From sequence record PV745554.1: a stretch of DNA of 64,000 nt, one strand, 5' to 3'. Under the pieces are notes generated by a model that saw nothing but the letters and a program-made list of their open reading frames with translations, did not search any database and was not told the DNA's origin. Below are positions 54,691-63,014 of the stretch, piece by piece (positions within the stretch are counted from its first letter, which is position 1; each line of letters begins with the position of its first letter). The position numbers and the translations under genes were made by a program.

Positions 54691-55058
54691 CCCTGCTCTA
54701 TGACGGCGCCCTGGAAGGCAACTGCGTCGGCCGCTTCGTGCGCGCCGGCCAGACCTTCGACGTCATCCGCCCCGGCTACGACGCCCAAGGGGTCAAGCGC
54801 CAGACCTGGACCCAGATCATCCACGACGGCGTGCCGGTCTTCGAGGTCAAGGTCCGCACCGACCTCGACAACGTGATCGACCGCTTCGACGCGCTCTGGG
54901 AACGCCACATCGGCGATGACGACGACCTGCTGGCCCGCGCCCTGACCTCGGTCAAGCGCGAGCGGGCCTCCAAGTTCCGCGATGGCAAGGCCGGCGTCGC
55001 GCCCGCCCCGACCCTGGCCCATGACGAGCATCCCTACCCGCCGCATTATGTCGCATAA
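54687..55058 (+). CDS. Hypothetical protein (123 aa)
   Basis: TTGA start/stop overlap. Confidence 0.6.
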   Translation: MTLLYDGALEGNCVGRFVRAGQTFDVIRPGYDAQGVKRQTWTQIIHDGVPVFEVKVRTDLDNVIDRFDALWERHIGDDDDLLARALTSVKRERASKFRDGKAGVAPAPTLAHDEHPYPPHYVA

Positions 55059-55132
55059 TGTTGGCGTGAGACTGTTGACATCTCTGATTTTGTGACATAG
55101 AAGCCTCCTCGACGACAACGAAGGAGGCTTTC

Positions 55133-55759
55133 ATGCCCAAGCGGATCAAAGGCAAGCGTATCGCCCTGCACCAAGCCAAGGTGCTGGACGCCCAAGAGTT
55201 CCAGATGGTTCTCGACCGCGCCGAGCAGGGTGACAACCCGCTGCGTGACCGCGTGCTCTTCAAGCTCTCCTTCTACTGCGGCATGCGTGTCGCCGAGATC
55301 GCCGGCCTGGAGTGGCGCAAGCACCTCCTGGACGCCAGCGGCCGGCTGCGCCCCGCCATCCACATCACCCACGACATCGGCAAGAACGCCGTCGCCCGCC
55401 ACGTCCCGATCGAGGCGTCGCTGGCGGCTGACCTGCGCGCCCTGCGCAAGGAACGCGGCGGCGATCGCTTCGTTGTCTACCCGCTGCGCGCCTCGATGCG
55501 CGGTGGTCCCGAGAAGACCGACGCCAACACCCTGGCTCAATACATGCGCCGCATGTACCGCGAGATCGGGCTGGACGGCGCCTCGTCGCACTCGGGCCGC
55601 CGCACCTTCATCACCGATCTGGCGCGCAAGGCGAACATGTTCGACTGCTCGCTCCGGGACATCCAGGAGATGGTCGGGCACCGGCGGATCGAAACGACCG
55701 GGACCTATATCGAGACGAGCCCCCGCCAGGACCGGCTCGTCAACATGGTCCTGCGATAG
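55133..55759 (+). CDS. Tyrosine recombinase (catalytic domain only)
   Basis: GMRVAEI (R), GK, HSGRR (HxxR), GH, TGTY; promoter TTGACA-N17-TAGAAG at 55075-55103. Confidence 0.92.
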   Translation: MPKRIKGKRIALHQAKVLDAQEFQMVLDRAEQGDNPLRDRVLFKLSFYCGMRVAEIAGLEWRKHLLDASGRLRPAIHITHDIGKNAVARHVPIEASLAADLRALRKERGGDRFVVYPLRASMRGGPEKTDANTLAQYMRRMYREIGLDGASSHSGRRTFITDLARKANMFDCSLRDIQEMVGHRRIETTGTYIETSPRQDRLVNMVLR

Positions 55760-55768
55760 GGGGCGGCG

Positions 55769-56179
55769 ATGACCTTCATCTGCACCGAACTGGACAACGC
55801 CACCCCCGTCGACCTGGACGCGGCCGAGGCCCTCCTCGCCACGACCCCGCGCAAGCGCGCCAACTTCGCCAAGGCCAAGGGTGTCTGCCGCGAGTGCGGC
55901 GCGCCCAAGCACGAGCGCCGCCTGGGCGCGGACTTCTGCTCGGCCCGCTGCCGCTCGGACTTCCACAACCGGGCCAAGATGGAAGGCGCCTCGATCGTCC
56001 ACATCATCAAGCGCTGGCGCCGTTACCGCCGCCCCGGCGATTTCGCCCTGATGACCAAGATGGCTGATGACCTGATCCGCATGGACAAGGCCCTGAAGCG
56101 CGACTTCTACCCCGATCCGCCGGCCACCGCCCACGCCAAGGTCGTCGCCACCAATATCGCCGGCCGCCGCCGCGCCTGA
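55769..56179 (+). CDS. Zn-ribbon hypothetical protein
   Basis: CRECG...FCSARC. Confidence 0.7.
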   Translation: MTFICTELDNATPVDLDAAEALLATTPRKRANFAKAKGVCRECGAPKHERRLGADFCSARCRSDFHNRAKMEGASIVHIIKRWRRYRRPGDFALMTKMADDLIRMDKALKRDFYPDPPATAHAKVVATNIAGRRRA

Positions 56180-56194
56180 AGTAAGGAGTACAGC

Positions 56195-56449
56195 TTGAAC
56201 CAACCCACCGAGAAGCCCGTGTTCGCCACCGAGAGCGGCGGTTACCTTTTCCAGGTCTACGCCGCACCGGCTGACCACGGCCGCGCCTACCTGGGCTTCT
56301 GCGACGGCGTCCTGAGCGTCAGCGGCGACACCGTCGATGTCACCCTGCGCGCCCTGGCCCGCAAGCACGCCGAGCCCAAGCGCACGGCCCAGGTCATCGA
56401 CTTCACCGCCGAAAAGCTCAAGCGCCTGGGCGCGGTGGTCGCGGCCTGA
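56195..56449 (+). CDS. Hypothetical protein (84 aa)
   Basis: AAGGAG RBS, TTG start. Confidence 0.65.
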   Translation: MNQPTEKPVFATESGGYLFQVYAAPADHGRAYLGFCDGVLSVSGDTVDVTLRALARKHAEPKRTAQVIDFTAEKLKRLGAVVAA

Positions 56450-56838
56450 TGGCGTCTCCTGTCGAAGAGCGCCTGGACCCGACGATCCTGGCCCCGCTCA
56501 TCTACCGCCACTTCTACAACGGTCCCGTCGGCGGCGCGGCCTTCCGCCTCGCGCGGATCATCCGCAACCACGCCATGGGCCTGCCGATCCTGTCGTTCGC
56601 CGAGGTGCTCGACGAGTACCTGAACGCCAAGCTCGGACTCAATGACAGCGCCGACCCCGAGATCAGGGCGGAGAACGAGCGCACCCTCAAGACCGCCCGC
56701 GCGGCGTTCTGGAAGGCGCTCAACGGCATAGGCGATCCCGAGCACGTCGACGGACTGGTCCGCTATGCCCAGGCCAAGAGCCTGAGCGAGTGCATCGCCG
56801 AGACCCTTGAAAAACGTCGTCCGCAACAACTGTCATGA
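56449..56838 (+). CDS. Hypothetical protein (129 aa)
   Basis: TGATG coupling. Confidence 0.65.
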   Translation: MASPVEERLDPTILAPLIYRHFYNGPVGGAAFRLARIIRNHAMGLPILSFAEVLDEYLNAKLGLNDSADPEIRAENERTLKTARAAFWKALNGIGDPEHVDGLVRYAQAKSLSECIAETLEKRRPQQLS

Positions 56839-56847
56839 ATCTTGACA
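56831..56847 (+). promoter_or_regulatory. Motif variant TGTCATGAATCTTGACA
   Basis: Perfect dyad TGTCA-N7-TGACA upstream of the primase gene. Confidence 0.7.
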
Positions 56848-56905
56848 CCTGTCGGGAAAGGGGGCTAGATGACCCCCGCCTTTCACCCCCGTCCCGACAG
56901 GCTTC

Positions 56906-59900
56906 ATGTCCGATCCCTTTGATTTCCTCGCCGCGCTGTTCGCGGCGCATGAAGGCCCGATCGCCTTCGAACACGACAACAAGACCGTCAAGACCCGCGA
57001 ACCTGAGTTCGTCGAGGATCATGCCGGCGCCCTTTACGTCTCGCCGTCCACGCCGGACGGCCGCGTCGCCTTCGTGTTTGGTTCCGACCAGGACGTCGAC
57101 CGCGACGCCTGGGAGTCGTTCCGCCTCAAGCCGACCGTGGTCCTCTACAAGGAGAAGACCGGCGACATGATCGTCGCCTGGGCCTTCGAGGAGACCCAGG
57201 AGCCCGACGACGTCCGCCGGCTGGCCGACGCCCTGGGCATGGCTGATCTGGAAGAGCCGATCCCGCTGCCGGGCACCAACGGCTGGACCTTGGTCCACGC
57301 CGAGGAGAGCGACTACTACAAGCTCGACGAGGTCGAACGCGTGTACGCGCCTGACCGCAAGGTCGGCTACCCCGACCCGCCCAAGAACCGGCAAAAAGAT
57401 CGGCAATTTTCTGACACGGCTTCCTCGCAAGCCTCGGAAAAGGCTGGGAAAAAGGCTGCTTCGAAGACCGGCAAGAAAACCGGCGCCGACGACCCGCCGT
57501 GGGACGAGGACCTCGGCGTTTATGCCGACGCCCAAATCAAGACCCGCTACGACGAGAGCGACCCGGCCCTGAGCCGCGAGATCATCGTCTCGGTCGGCGG
57601 CAACAGCAAGTCGATGAACTGGCAACCCAAGGCCATGCCCCTGGGCGCGTTCGTCGCGCAGTTCTGCCAGCACCGCGAGGGCGCCAAGGATGGCGTCTCC
57701 TTCGTCATGGGCGACATGGTGCCCGGCCAGCGCAAGAAGACGGCGGTCAAGGCCCTCTACGCGGTGGGCCTGGACGTCGACGTCGGCATGGCCTCCTCGG
57801 CGATCGACGCGGCGCTGAAGAAGTTCGGCCGCATGGCCGTGCGCTACACCACCCACTCGCACCTGAAGTCGGTCACGGACGTCAAGAAGGACGTGCTGAT
57901 CAAGTGGTGCGAGCAGGAAGCCGACGGCGCCGACTACGAAGAGGACGAGGTCCTCCAGCGCTACTTCCTGGCCAAGGACCTGATGACGCCGGAGATCGCC
58001 AAGACGGTCGAGTTCAACGGCACCGAGCACAAGGATGGCGGCATCATGGTGAGCGTCAAGCACGCTCCCATCGCCAAGCACCGGATCATCGTGCCGCTCG
58101 CCGAGGCGTTCGACATCTCCAAGGTCGCCCCGACCCAGAAGGAGGCGATGGAAAAGTGGGCCAAGGTCCCGACCGCCCTGGCGGCGGAACTGGGCGTGCC
58201 GCTCGACAAGTCGTGCCTGGACCCCTCGCGCCTGTTCTATCTGCCGCGCCACGCCAAGGGCAAGCCGTTCGAGGTCAGCCTGTTCGGCGGCGACCTGTTC
58301 GACTGGAAGAGCCTGACGCTCGACGATCCGTTCGAGGCCGAGATCGCCAAGCTCTCCAAGGGCACCAGCAAGTCCAAGACCGCCGCCGGCCGTGACCTCG
58401 GCCGCTGGTCGATGAAGGCCGCCCACGGCTTCCAGGTCGTGCAGGTGATGGAGGAGCACTGCCCCGACAAGCTGCGCCATCAGGTCTCGGCCGGCTACGA
58501 GATCGAGTGCCCGTTCGACGACCTGCACTCCAACGCCGGCGACACCGAGGACCGCGCCTGTCTGGCGGTCAATGCCGGCGACGGCCCTAGCGAGTGGTTC
58601 ACCGTCCGCTGCCAGCACGAGTCCTGCCGCGAGTTCACCAACCTCGACATGCTGGGCAAGATGGTCGAGGACGGTTGGTTCGATCGCGCCTGCCTGGACG
58701 ACGAGGACTACAACATCGTCGAGGCCGAGAACGCTCCCAACCCGGTGGCGGCCAAGCGCATCGAGACCGAGGACAAGGCCAAGGAAGCCTACATGCAGGC
58801 GATCTTCGACCTGCCCGAGGTGGACTTCACCGACGACGACGTCGACAAGGTGGTGCGGACCTGCTGCGAGGCCGCCCTGGGGACCCTGGCCGAGAACAAG
58901 GCCAAGGACGCCCTCAAGGCGCGCCTGGGCGTCAACGGCACGGTCATCAACAAGATGTTCAAGGACATGAAGGCGGCCATCGCCCGTGACCAGAACACCG
59001 AGGGCAACATCAAGGACCCGCTGGGCCGCAGCGTCTTCTCCTACGCTGGCGAGTTCAACTTCGACGAGGCGTTCTCCTGCTGCTTCCGGGCGCTGCTGAA
59101 CACCAACCGCGAGAAGGACCAGCCGATCTTCTCCTGCTTGCAGGACAAGCCGGTCCGGATGGCGACGGACGTCGATGGGCGCCTGAAGTTCACCGAGATC
59201 GGGGCCTCGGCCGCGATGAACGCCGAACTGAACGAGCTTGTCACCTTCGTGCGCAAGAACGACCAGGGCACGGGTGTGCGCGGCCGGGTGCCTGACGACG
59301 TCGCCCGCCACGTCTACGAGAAGTGCTACACCCGTCTGCCCCGGACGCCCGAGATCATGTACACCCCGATCTATACGGCCGACGGTGACCTGATCCGCAA
59401 GCCGGGCTGGTATCAGAACCTGGACATCATGATGGCCGACATCGGCTTCCAGGTGCCCAAGGTCTTCAGCGACCCCACGCCCGAGGAGGTCCAGGAGGCC
59501 GTGCGCCTGCTGACCGACGACGTGCTGATCGACTTCCCGTTCCTGGACTACGACACCCAGGGCAACGAGCGTCGCGAGCCGTCGCTGGCCAACGCCATGG
59601 CGATGTTGATCACCCCGTTCATGCGCCGCATGATCGATAGCTGCACCCCGGTGTTCTTCGTCTCCAAGCCCACGCCGGGCACGGGCGGCACGTTCCTGGG
59701 CATGGTGCCGATCATCCTCTTCGACGGGGAAGAGCCGGCCCCGATCCGCTATACCCAGAACGAGGAGGAGATGCAGAAGGCCCTCCTGGCGTCGCTGATG
59801 AATTCGAAGGCCTACCTGTTCTTCGATGACGTGAAGGAGTTTAACAACCGGGTGTTGCTGATGGCGATCACCTCGCGTTATATTGGTGGCCGCGTCCTGG

Positions 59901-60562
59901 GCTCCTCGAAGAACATCGAGATGCCCAACAACTCGATCTGGATCGCCACGGGCAACAACCCGCTGATCTCCTCGGAAATGGCCCGCCGGGTGGTCGACAT
60001 CCGCCTCAACGCCAAGACCTCGGACATCCAGAAGCGCACCTATCGCCACCCCGACTACGTCCAGTGGCTGAAGGCCAACCGGGGCGAGATCGTCCACGCG
60101 ATCCTGACCCTGATCGCCCACTGGATCAACTGCGGCATGCCCAAGTTCACGGCGCGCAAGCGTGCCTCGTTCGAGGACTGGTCCGAGAAGGTCGGCGGCG
60201 TGCTGATGTGCGCCAACATCGACGGCTTCCTGGACAACCGCCGCTCGGTGGCCGCCGACATGGACGAGGCCGCGATCAAGCAGTTCGTCCGCGACTGGCT
60301 GCTGAAGTGGGGCGAGAAGGCTCCGGTCAAGATCGCCGACCTGTGGAGCTACGCTTTCGACATGGAACTCGACATCGTGTCGGGCGCCAACGACGACCAG
60401 AAGAAGGCCCGCTTCATGCGCATCCTTCCGACCCTGGACGGCCGGACGTTCAAGATGCCGCGCGGCGACTGCATGGTCCGCGCAGGCGCCGACGTCGACG
60501 GCAACGTCACCTATCATCTGGAGCGCTTGAGCGCGCCGGAGGAGGTCCTGGAGACTGCCTGA
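56906..60562 (+). CDS. Multidomain primase-helicase-like replication protein
   Basis: GLDVD..YTTHSH..HRIIVPL..DPSRLFYLP (AEP/primpol-like), CPFDDLH..CQHESC Zn motif, C-terminal P-loop-like (PGTGGT, FFDD, TGNN). Confidence 0.7.
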   Translation: MSDPFDFLAALFAAHEGPIAFEHDNKTVKTREPEFVEDHAGALYVSPSTPDGRVAFVFGSDQDVDRDAWESFRLKPTVVLYKEKTGDMIVAWAFEETQEPDDVRRLADALGMADLEEPIPLPGTNGWTLVHAEESDYYKLDEVERVYAPDRKVGYPDPPKNRQKDRQFSDTASSQASEKAGKKAASKTGKKTGADDPPWDEDLGVYADAQIKTRYDESDPALSREIIVSVGGNSKSMNWQPKAMPLGAFVAQFCQHREGAKDGVSFVMGDMVPGQRKKTAVKALYAVGLDVDVGMASSAIDAALKKFGRMAVRYTTHSHLKSVTDVKKDVLIKWCEQEADGADYEEDEVLQRYFLAKDLMTPEIAKTVEFNGTEHKDGGIMVSVKHAPIAKHRIIVPLAEAFDISKVAPTQKEAMEKWAKVPTALAAELGVPLDKSCLDPSRLFYLPRHAKGKPFEVSLFGGDLFDWKSLTLDDPFEAEIAKLSKGTSKSKTAAGRDLGRWSMKAAHGFQVVQVMEEHCPDKLRHQVSAGYEIECPFDDLHSNAGDTEDRACLAVNAGDGPSEWFTVRCQHESCREFTNLDMLGKMVEDGWFDRACLDDEDYNIVEAENAPNPVAAKRIETEDKAKEAYMQAIFDLPEVDFTDDDVDKVVRTCCEAALGTLAENKAKDALKARLGVNGTVINKMFKDMKAAIARDQNTEGNIKDPLGRSVFSYAGEFNFDEAFSCCFRALLNTNREKDQPIFSCLQDKPVRMATDVDGRLKFTEIGASAAMNAELNELVTFVRKNDQGTGVRGRVPDDVARHVYEKCYTRLPRTPEIMYTPIYTADGDLIRKPGWYQNLDIMMADIGFQVPKVFSDPTPEEVQEAVRLLTDDVLIDFPFLDYDTQGNERREPSLANAMAMLITPFMRRMIDSCTPVFFVSKPTPGTGGTFLGMVPIILFDGEEPAPIRYTQNEEEMQKALLASLMNSKAYLFFDDVKEFNNRVLLMAITSRYIGGRVLGSSKNIEMPNNSIWIATGNNPLISSEMARRVVDIRLNAKTSDIQKRTYRHPDYVQWLKANRGEIVHAILTLIAHWINCGMPKFTARKRASFEDWSEKVGGVLMCANIDGFLDNRRSVAADMDEAAIKQFVRDWLLKWGEKAPVKIADLWSYAFDMELDIVSGANDDQKKARFMRILPTLDGRTFKMPRGDCMVRAGADVDGNVTYHLERLSAPEEVLETA

Positions 60563-60589
60563 CGGGGGTGAGTGCTCCAGGACTACGAG

Positions 60590-60620
60590 AAAGGCCCCAG
60601 GAGCGATCCTGGGGCCTTTT
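60590..60620. terminator. Bidirectional terminator
   Basis: AAAGGCCCCAGGA-GCGA-TCCTGGGGCCTTTT. Confidence 0.9.
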
Positions 60621-60631
60621 GAGTTGTAGCC

Positions 60632-61021
60632 TTAGAGCCAGACGACCCGAGGCGGTTTGCTCCGCTCACGCACGATCCTGACGTCGCCGCTCGCGACGAG
60701 CTTGGCGAACATCTTGTCGAGCGAGGAGGTCTTGGTCTTGCCCTTCTGGGCGGCCTGGGCGCGCCGGCGCTGGCGGCGGTTCATCTGCCCTTCATCGGCG
60801 ACGGCGTAATTGGTGCTGTCGGGCTCGGAGCCCCGGCCGTAGCTCATCTCGAACGAGGCCGACTGGAGTTCCTGGCGGGTGAGCTTGCCGCTGGTGATCG
60901 CTTGGTCCAGGACGGCGATCGCATCGGGCGGGTACTTGTCGCGGACGGCCTCCAGATAGGCCGCCTTCTCCTCGGGGGAGAGGGCCTCGGCCGGGTCGAG
61001 AGTGGAGGGGTGAGGCGTCAT
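60632..61021 (-). CDS. Hypothetical protein (129 aa)
   Basis: GGAG RBS, ends at terminator. Confidence 0.65.
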   Translation of the reverse strand: MTPHPSTLDPAEALSPEEKAAYLEAVRDKYPPDAIAVLDQAITSGKLTRQELQSASFEMSYGRGSEPDSTNYAVADEGQMNRRQRRRAQAAQKGKTKTSSLDKMFAKLVASGDVRIVRERSKPPRVVWL

Positions 61022-61136
61022 GAAAATCTCCAGAGGCGGGAATGTCGCCCTTCATGACACGCCCGGCAGTAGACGTAAAGTGTTGACAGACGACACTCGA
61101 TCCCGGTATGTGATCCTTGTACGGTAAGGGAAACCG

Positions 61137-61736
61137 ATGAACGACGACGATTTGGACTGGCAGGACGGCGAGCTTTCGCCGGCCCGCGCTCCGGTCACGA
61201 CCAAGGACATCGCCGATGTCGCCCAGGCTCCGGCCGGCGGGCGGATGGCGGCGATGCGTGAAGCGGGTGATGCGCATCGGCGCGACTTCCTGCTCCTGCG
61301 CGGTCCGCTGGGCGTGGTCCGTCTGTCGCTCGCGCACGTTCCGGCGCTGCACGCTCTTTGGCGAGTCTGGTCGCGCAAGCGCACGGCCCAGACCGCCGAT
61401 CCTGGCGCCAGTCTTGCAGAGATCGGCGAGGAGATGAATTTGCCGGCGGCCTCGGTGCGTCCGATGGTCGTCAGCCTGCTCAAGAACCGACTCATCCGGA
61501 CGCGGCGCAGCCACCACGGATGGCAAGGGGTGCGGGCGACCTACTACCCGTCGGCGATCGCCGTCCAGGCCCTGGCCTTGGCGGAGGTCCTCGGTCCGGG
61601 GCATGCGGTTCAGGTGGGGCGCAACGCCTCGGCCTGGGCCAATCGCAGCCTGACCGAACCCGGCAACCTGTTCCAACACGCCGCCTTGTTGCGCGGCGGG
61701 GCTCCCCTCGGGGCCTCCGAGACGGAGTATTCATGA
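61137..61736 (+). CDS. Putative winged-helix DNA-binding protein
   Basis: SLAEIGEEMNLPAASVRPMVVSLLKNRLI; TTGACA promoter at 61083. Confidence 0.55.
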   Translation: MNDDDLDWQDGELSPARAPVTTKDIADVAQAPAGGRMAAMREAGDAHRRDFLLLRGPLGVVRLSLAHVPALHALWRVWSRKRTAQTADPGASLAEIGEEMNLPAASVRPMVVSLLKNRLIRTRRSHHGWQGVRATYYPSAIAVQALALAEVLGPGHAVQVGRNASAWANRSLTEPGNLFQHAALLRGGAPLGASETEYS

Positions 61737-61737
61737 G

Positions 61738-62154
61738 ATGCCTCAACGCCAAAAAGACGTCCAAGCCCAAGCCGACAAGCCCGCTGGGGCTCAGGGAGGC
61801 GCGCAGCCTGGAAGTTCTCAAGGCGAGGCCGCCCAGGCTGCGCAGCTTCTGAGCCCCGAGGCGATCGGTCAGATCGGCGAAGCGCTCGGCGGCCGGACCC
61901 ATTGGCAGGCCTCGATCGCCCGCCGCGTCGGCGTCTCCAAGTCGCAGATCACCCGCTACCTCAACGGCGATCGCACGCCCAACACCGCGCTGGGCGACAG
62001 CTATCTCGAACTGATGCTCGACAACCTCGCCGAGCTTTCGGACCTGCTCTCGACGCCCGGCCTGCCCCAGGCTGACGGTGCCGACGTCGCCGAAGCCCAG
62101 CGCCACATCCATCACGCCGTGCGCCTCCTGCGCGACAAAGTTCTCTACGCCTGA
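61738..62154 (+). CDS. XRE-like HTH protein
   Basis: WQASIARRVGVSKSQITRYLNGDRTP. Confidence 0.7.
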   Translation: MPQRQKDVQAQADKPAGAQGGAQPGSSQGEAAQAAQLLSPEAIGQIGEALGGRTHWQASIARRVGVSKSQITRYLNGDRTPNTALGDSYLELMLDNLAELSDLLSTPGLPQADGADVAEAQRHIHHAVRLLRDKVLYA

Positions 62155-62162
62155 AGGACCCC

Positions 62163-62624
62163 ATGACGACCCTGATCGAACAACTCCGCAACGACGCCCT
62201 GGCCGCGCGCAAGGCCGCCATCAAGAAGGAAGCCGGCGGTGAGCACGCCGCGCTCCTGGCCTCGGTGGCGTCCGACGCCACCATGATCGGCAAGAACGAC
62301 CGCGCCGCGCCCGGCCGCGAACCGACCGACGACGAGACCGCCAAGGTCGTGAAGAAGTACATCGCCGGCCTGGAGACCTCGATCGAGGCCGCCCGGAGCG
62401 AGGAGGAGCGCTCGCGCTTCATCGTCGAGAAGCGGCGCCTGGAGGGCTTCCTGCCGCAGATGCTCGACGGCGGTCACCTGACCGACGCCATCCACGTGAC
62501 CCTGGCCAAGCTGGGCGTCGATCGCGACGTCAAGAGCACCAAGGCGGTGGTCGCCGATCTGCAAGAGACCTACCCCGGTCAGATTGACCCGGCGGCCGTC
62601 TCGCGCTACCTTCGCAACGTCTGA
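62163..62624 (+). CDS. YqeY/GatB C-terminal-like protein
   Basis: LRNDALAARK..PTDDETAKVVKK..EKRRLEGFLPQML..DPAAVS. Confidence 0.75.
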   Translation: MTTLIEQLRNDALAARKAAIKKEAGGEHAALLASVASDATMIGKNDRAAPGREPTDDETAKVVKKYIAGLETSIEAARSEEERSRFIVEKRRLEGFLPQMLDGGHLTDAIHVTLAKLGVDRDVKSTKAVVADLQETYPGQIDPAAVSRYLRNV

Positions 62625-62651
62625 TCCCAGACGAAATCCCAACCAGAACTC

Positions 62652-62681
62652 AAAAGGCCCCGGAGCGATCCGGGGCCTTTT
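62652..62681. terminator. Bidirectional terminator
   Basis: AAAAGGCCCCGGA-GCGA-TCCGGGGCCTTTT. Confidence 0.9.
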
Positions 62682-62693
62682 CTTCGTCCAGGT

Positions 62694-63014
62694 CTACCGG
62701 CGCTGCGCCGGCGGATCGCCATAGATGACGGGGTAGTGGGCGCGCACGTCAGGCGGCGTGAAGTCGCCCCCGTCCTTGACGCACTCGCGCGCCCGCATGA
62801 CGGTGTGGTCGTAGAGGGTCAGAAGCTCCTCGCGCGTCAGCGCCATCAGGGCGTTGGTGAACCAGACGCGCTGGGAGCCGTGGACCTCGGTCGGCTCGTA
62901 AGGCAGCGGCGCGGTCAAGAACACCTGATGCGCGCGGTTCTCACGCCAGTTGGCGATCTTGAGCGCCCGCTGGAGGAGGCCCATGGGGTTGACGTCTTCG
63001 TTAGGCGGCTTCAT
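62694..63014 (-). CDS. Hypothetical protein (106 aa)
   Basis: MKPPNEDVNPMGLLQRAL...; overlaps ligase 3' end. Confidence 0.6.
   Translation of the reverse strand: MKPPNEDVNPMGLLQRALKIANWRENRAHQVFLTAPLPYEPTEVHGSQRVWFTNALMALTREELLTLYDHTVMRARECVKDGGDFTPPDVRAHYPVIYGDPPAQRR

Noticed and set aside
55133-55759. Window as a prophage with att sites
   Set aside because: No host genes, junctions or att-like direct repeats seen
7923-60517. Very long antisense/alternate-frame ORFs (7923..11429, 12064..16113, 22664..25564, 27532..30792, 33500..35755, 42167..45109, 51348..54056, 56720..60517)
   Set aside because: Shadows of real genes in GC-rich, codon-biased DNA; no motifs, RBS or operon logic
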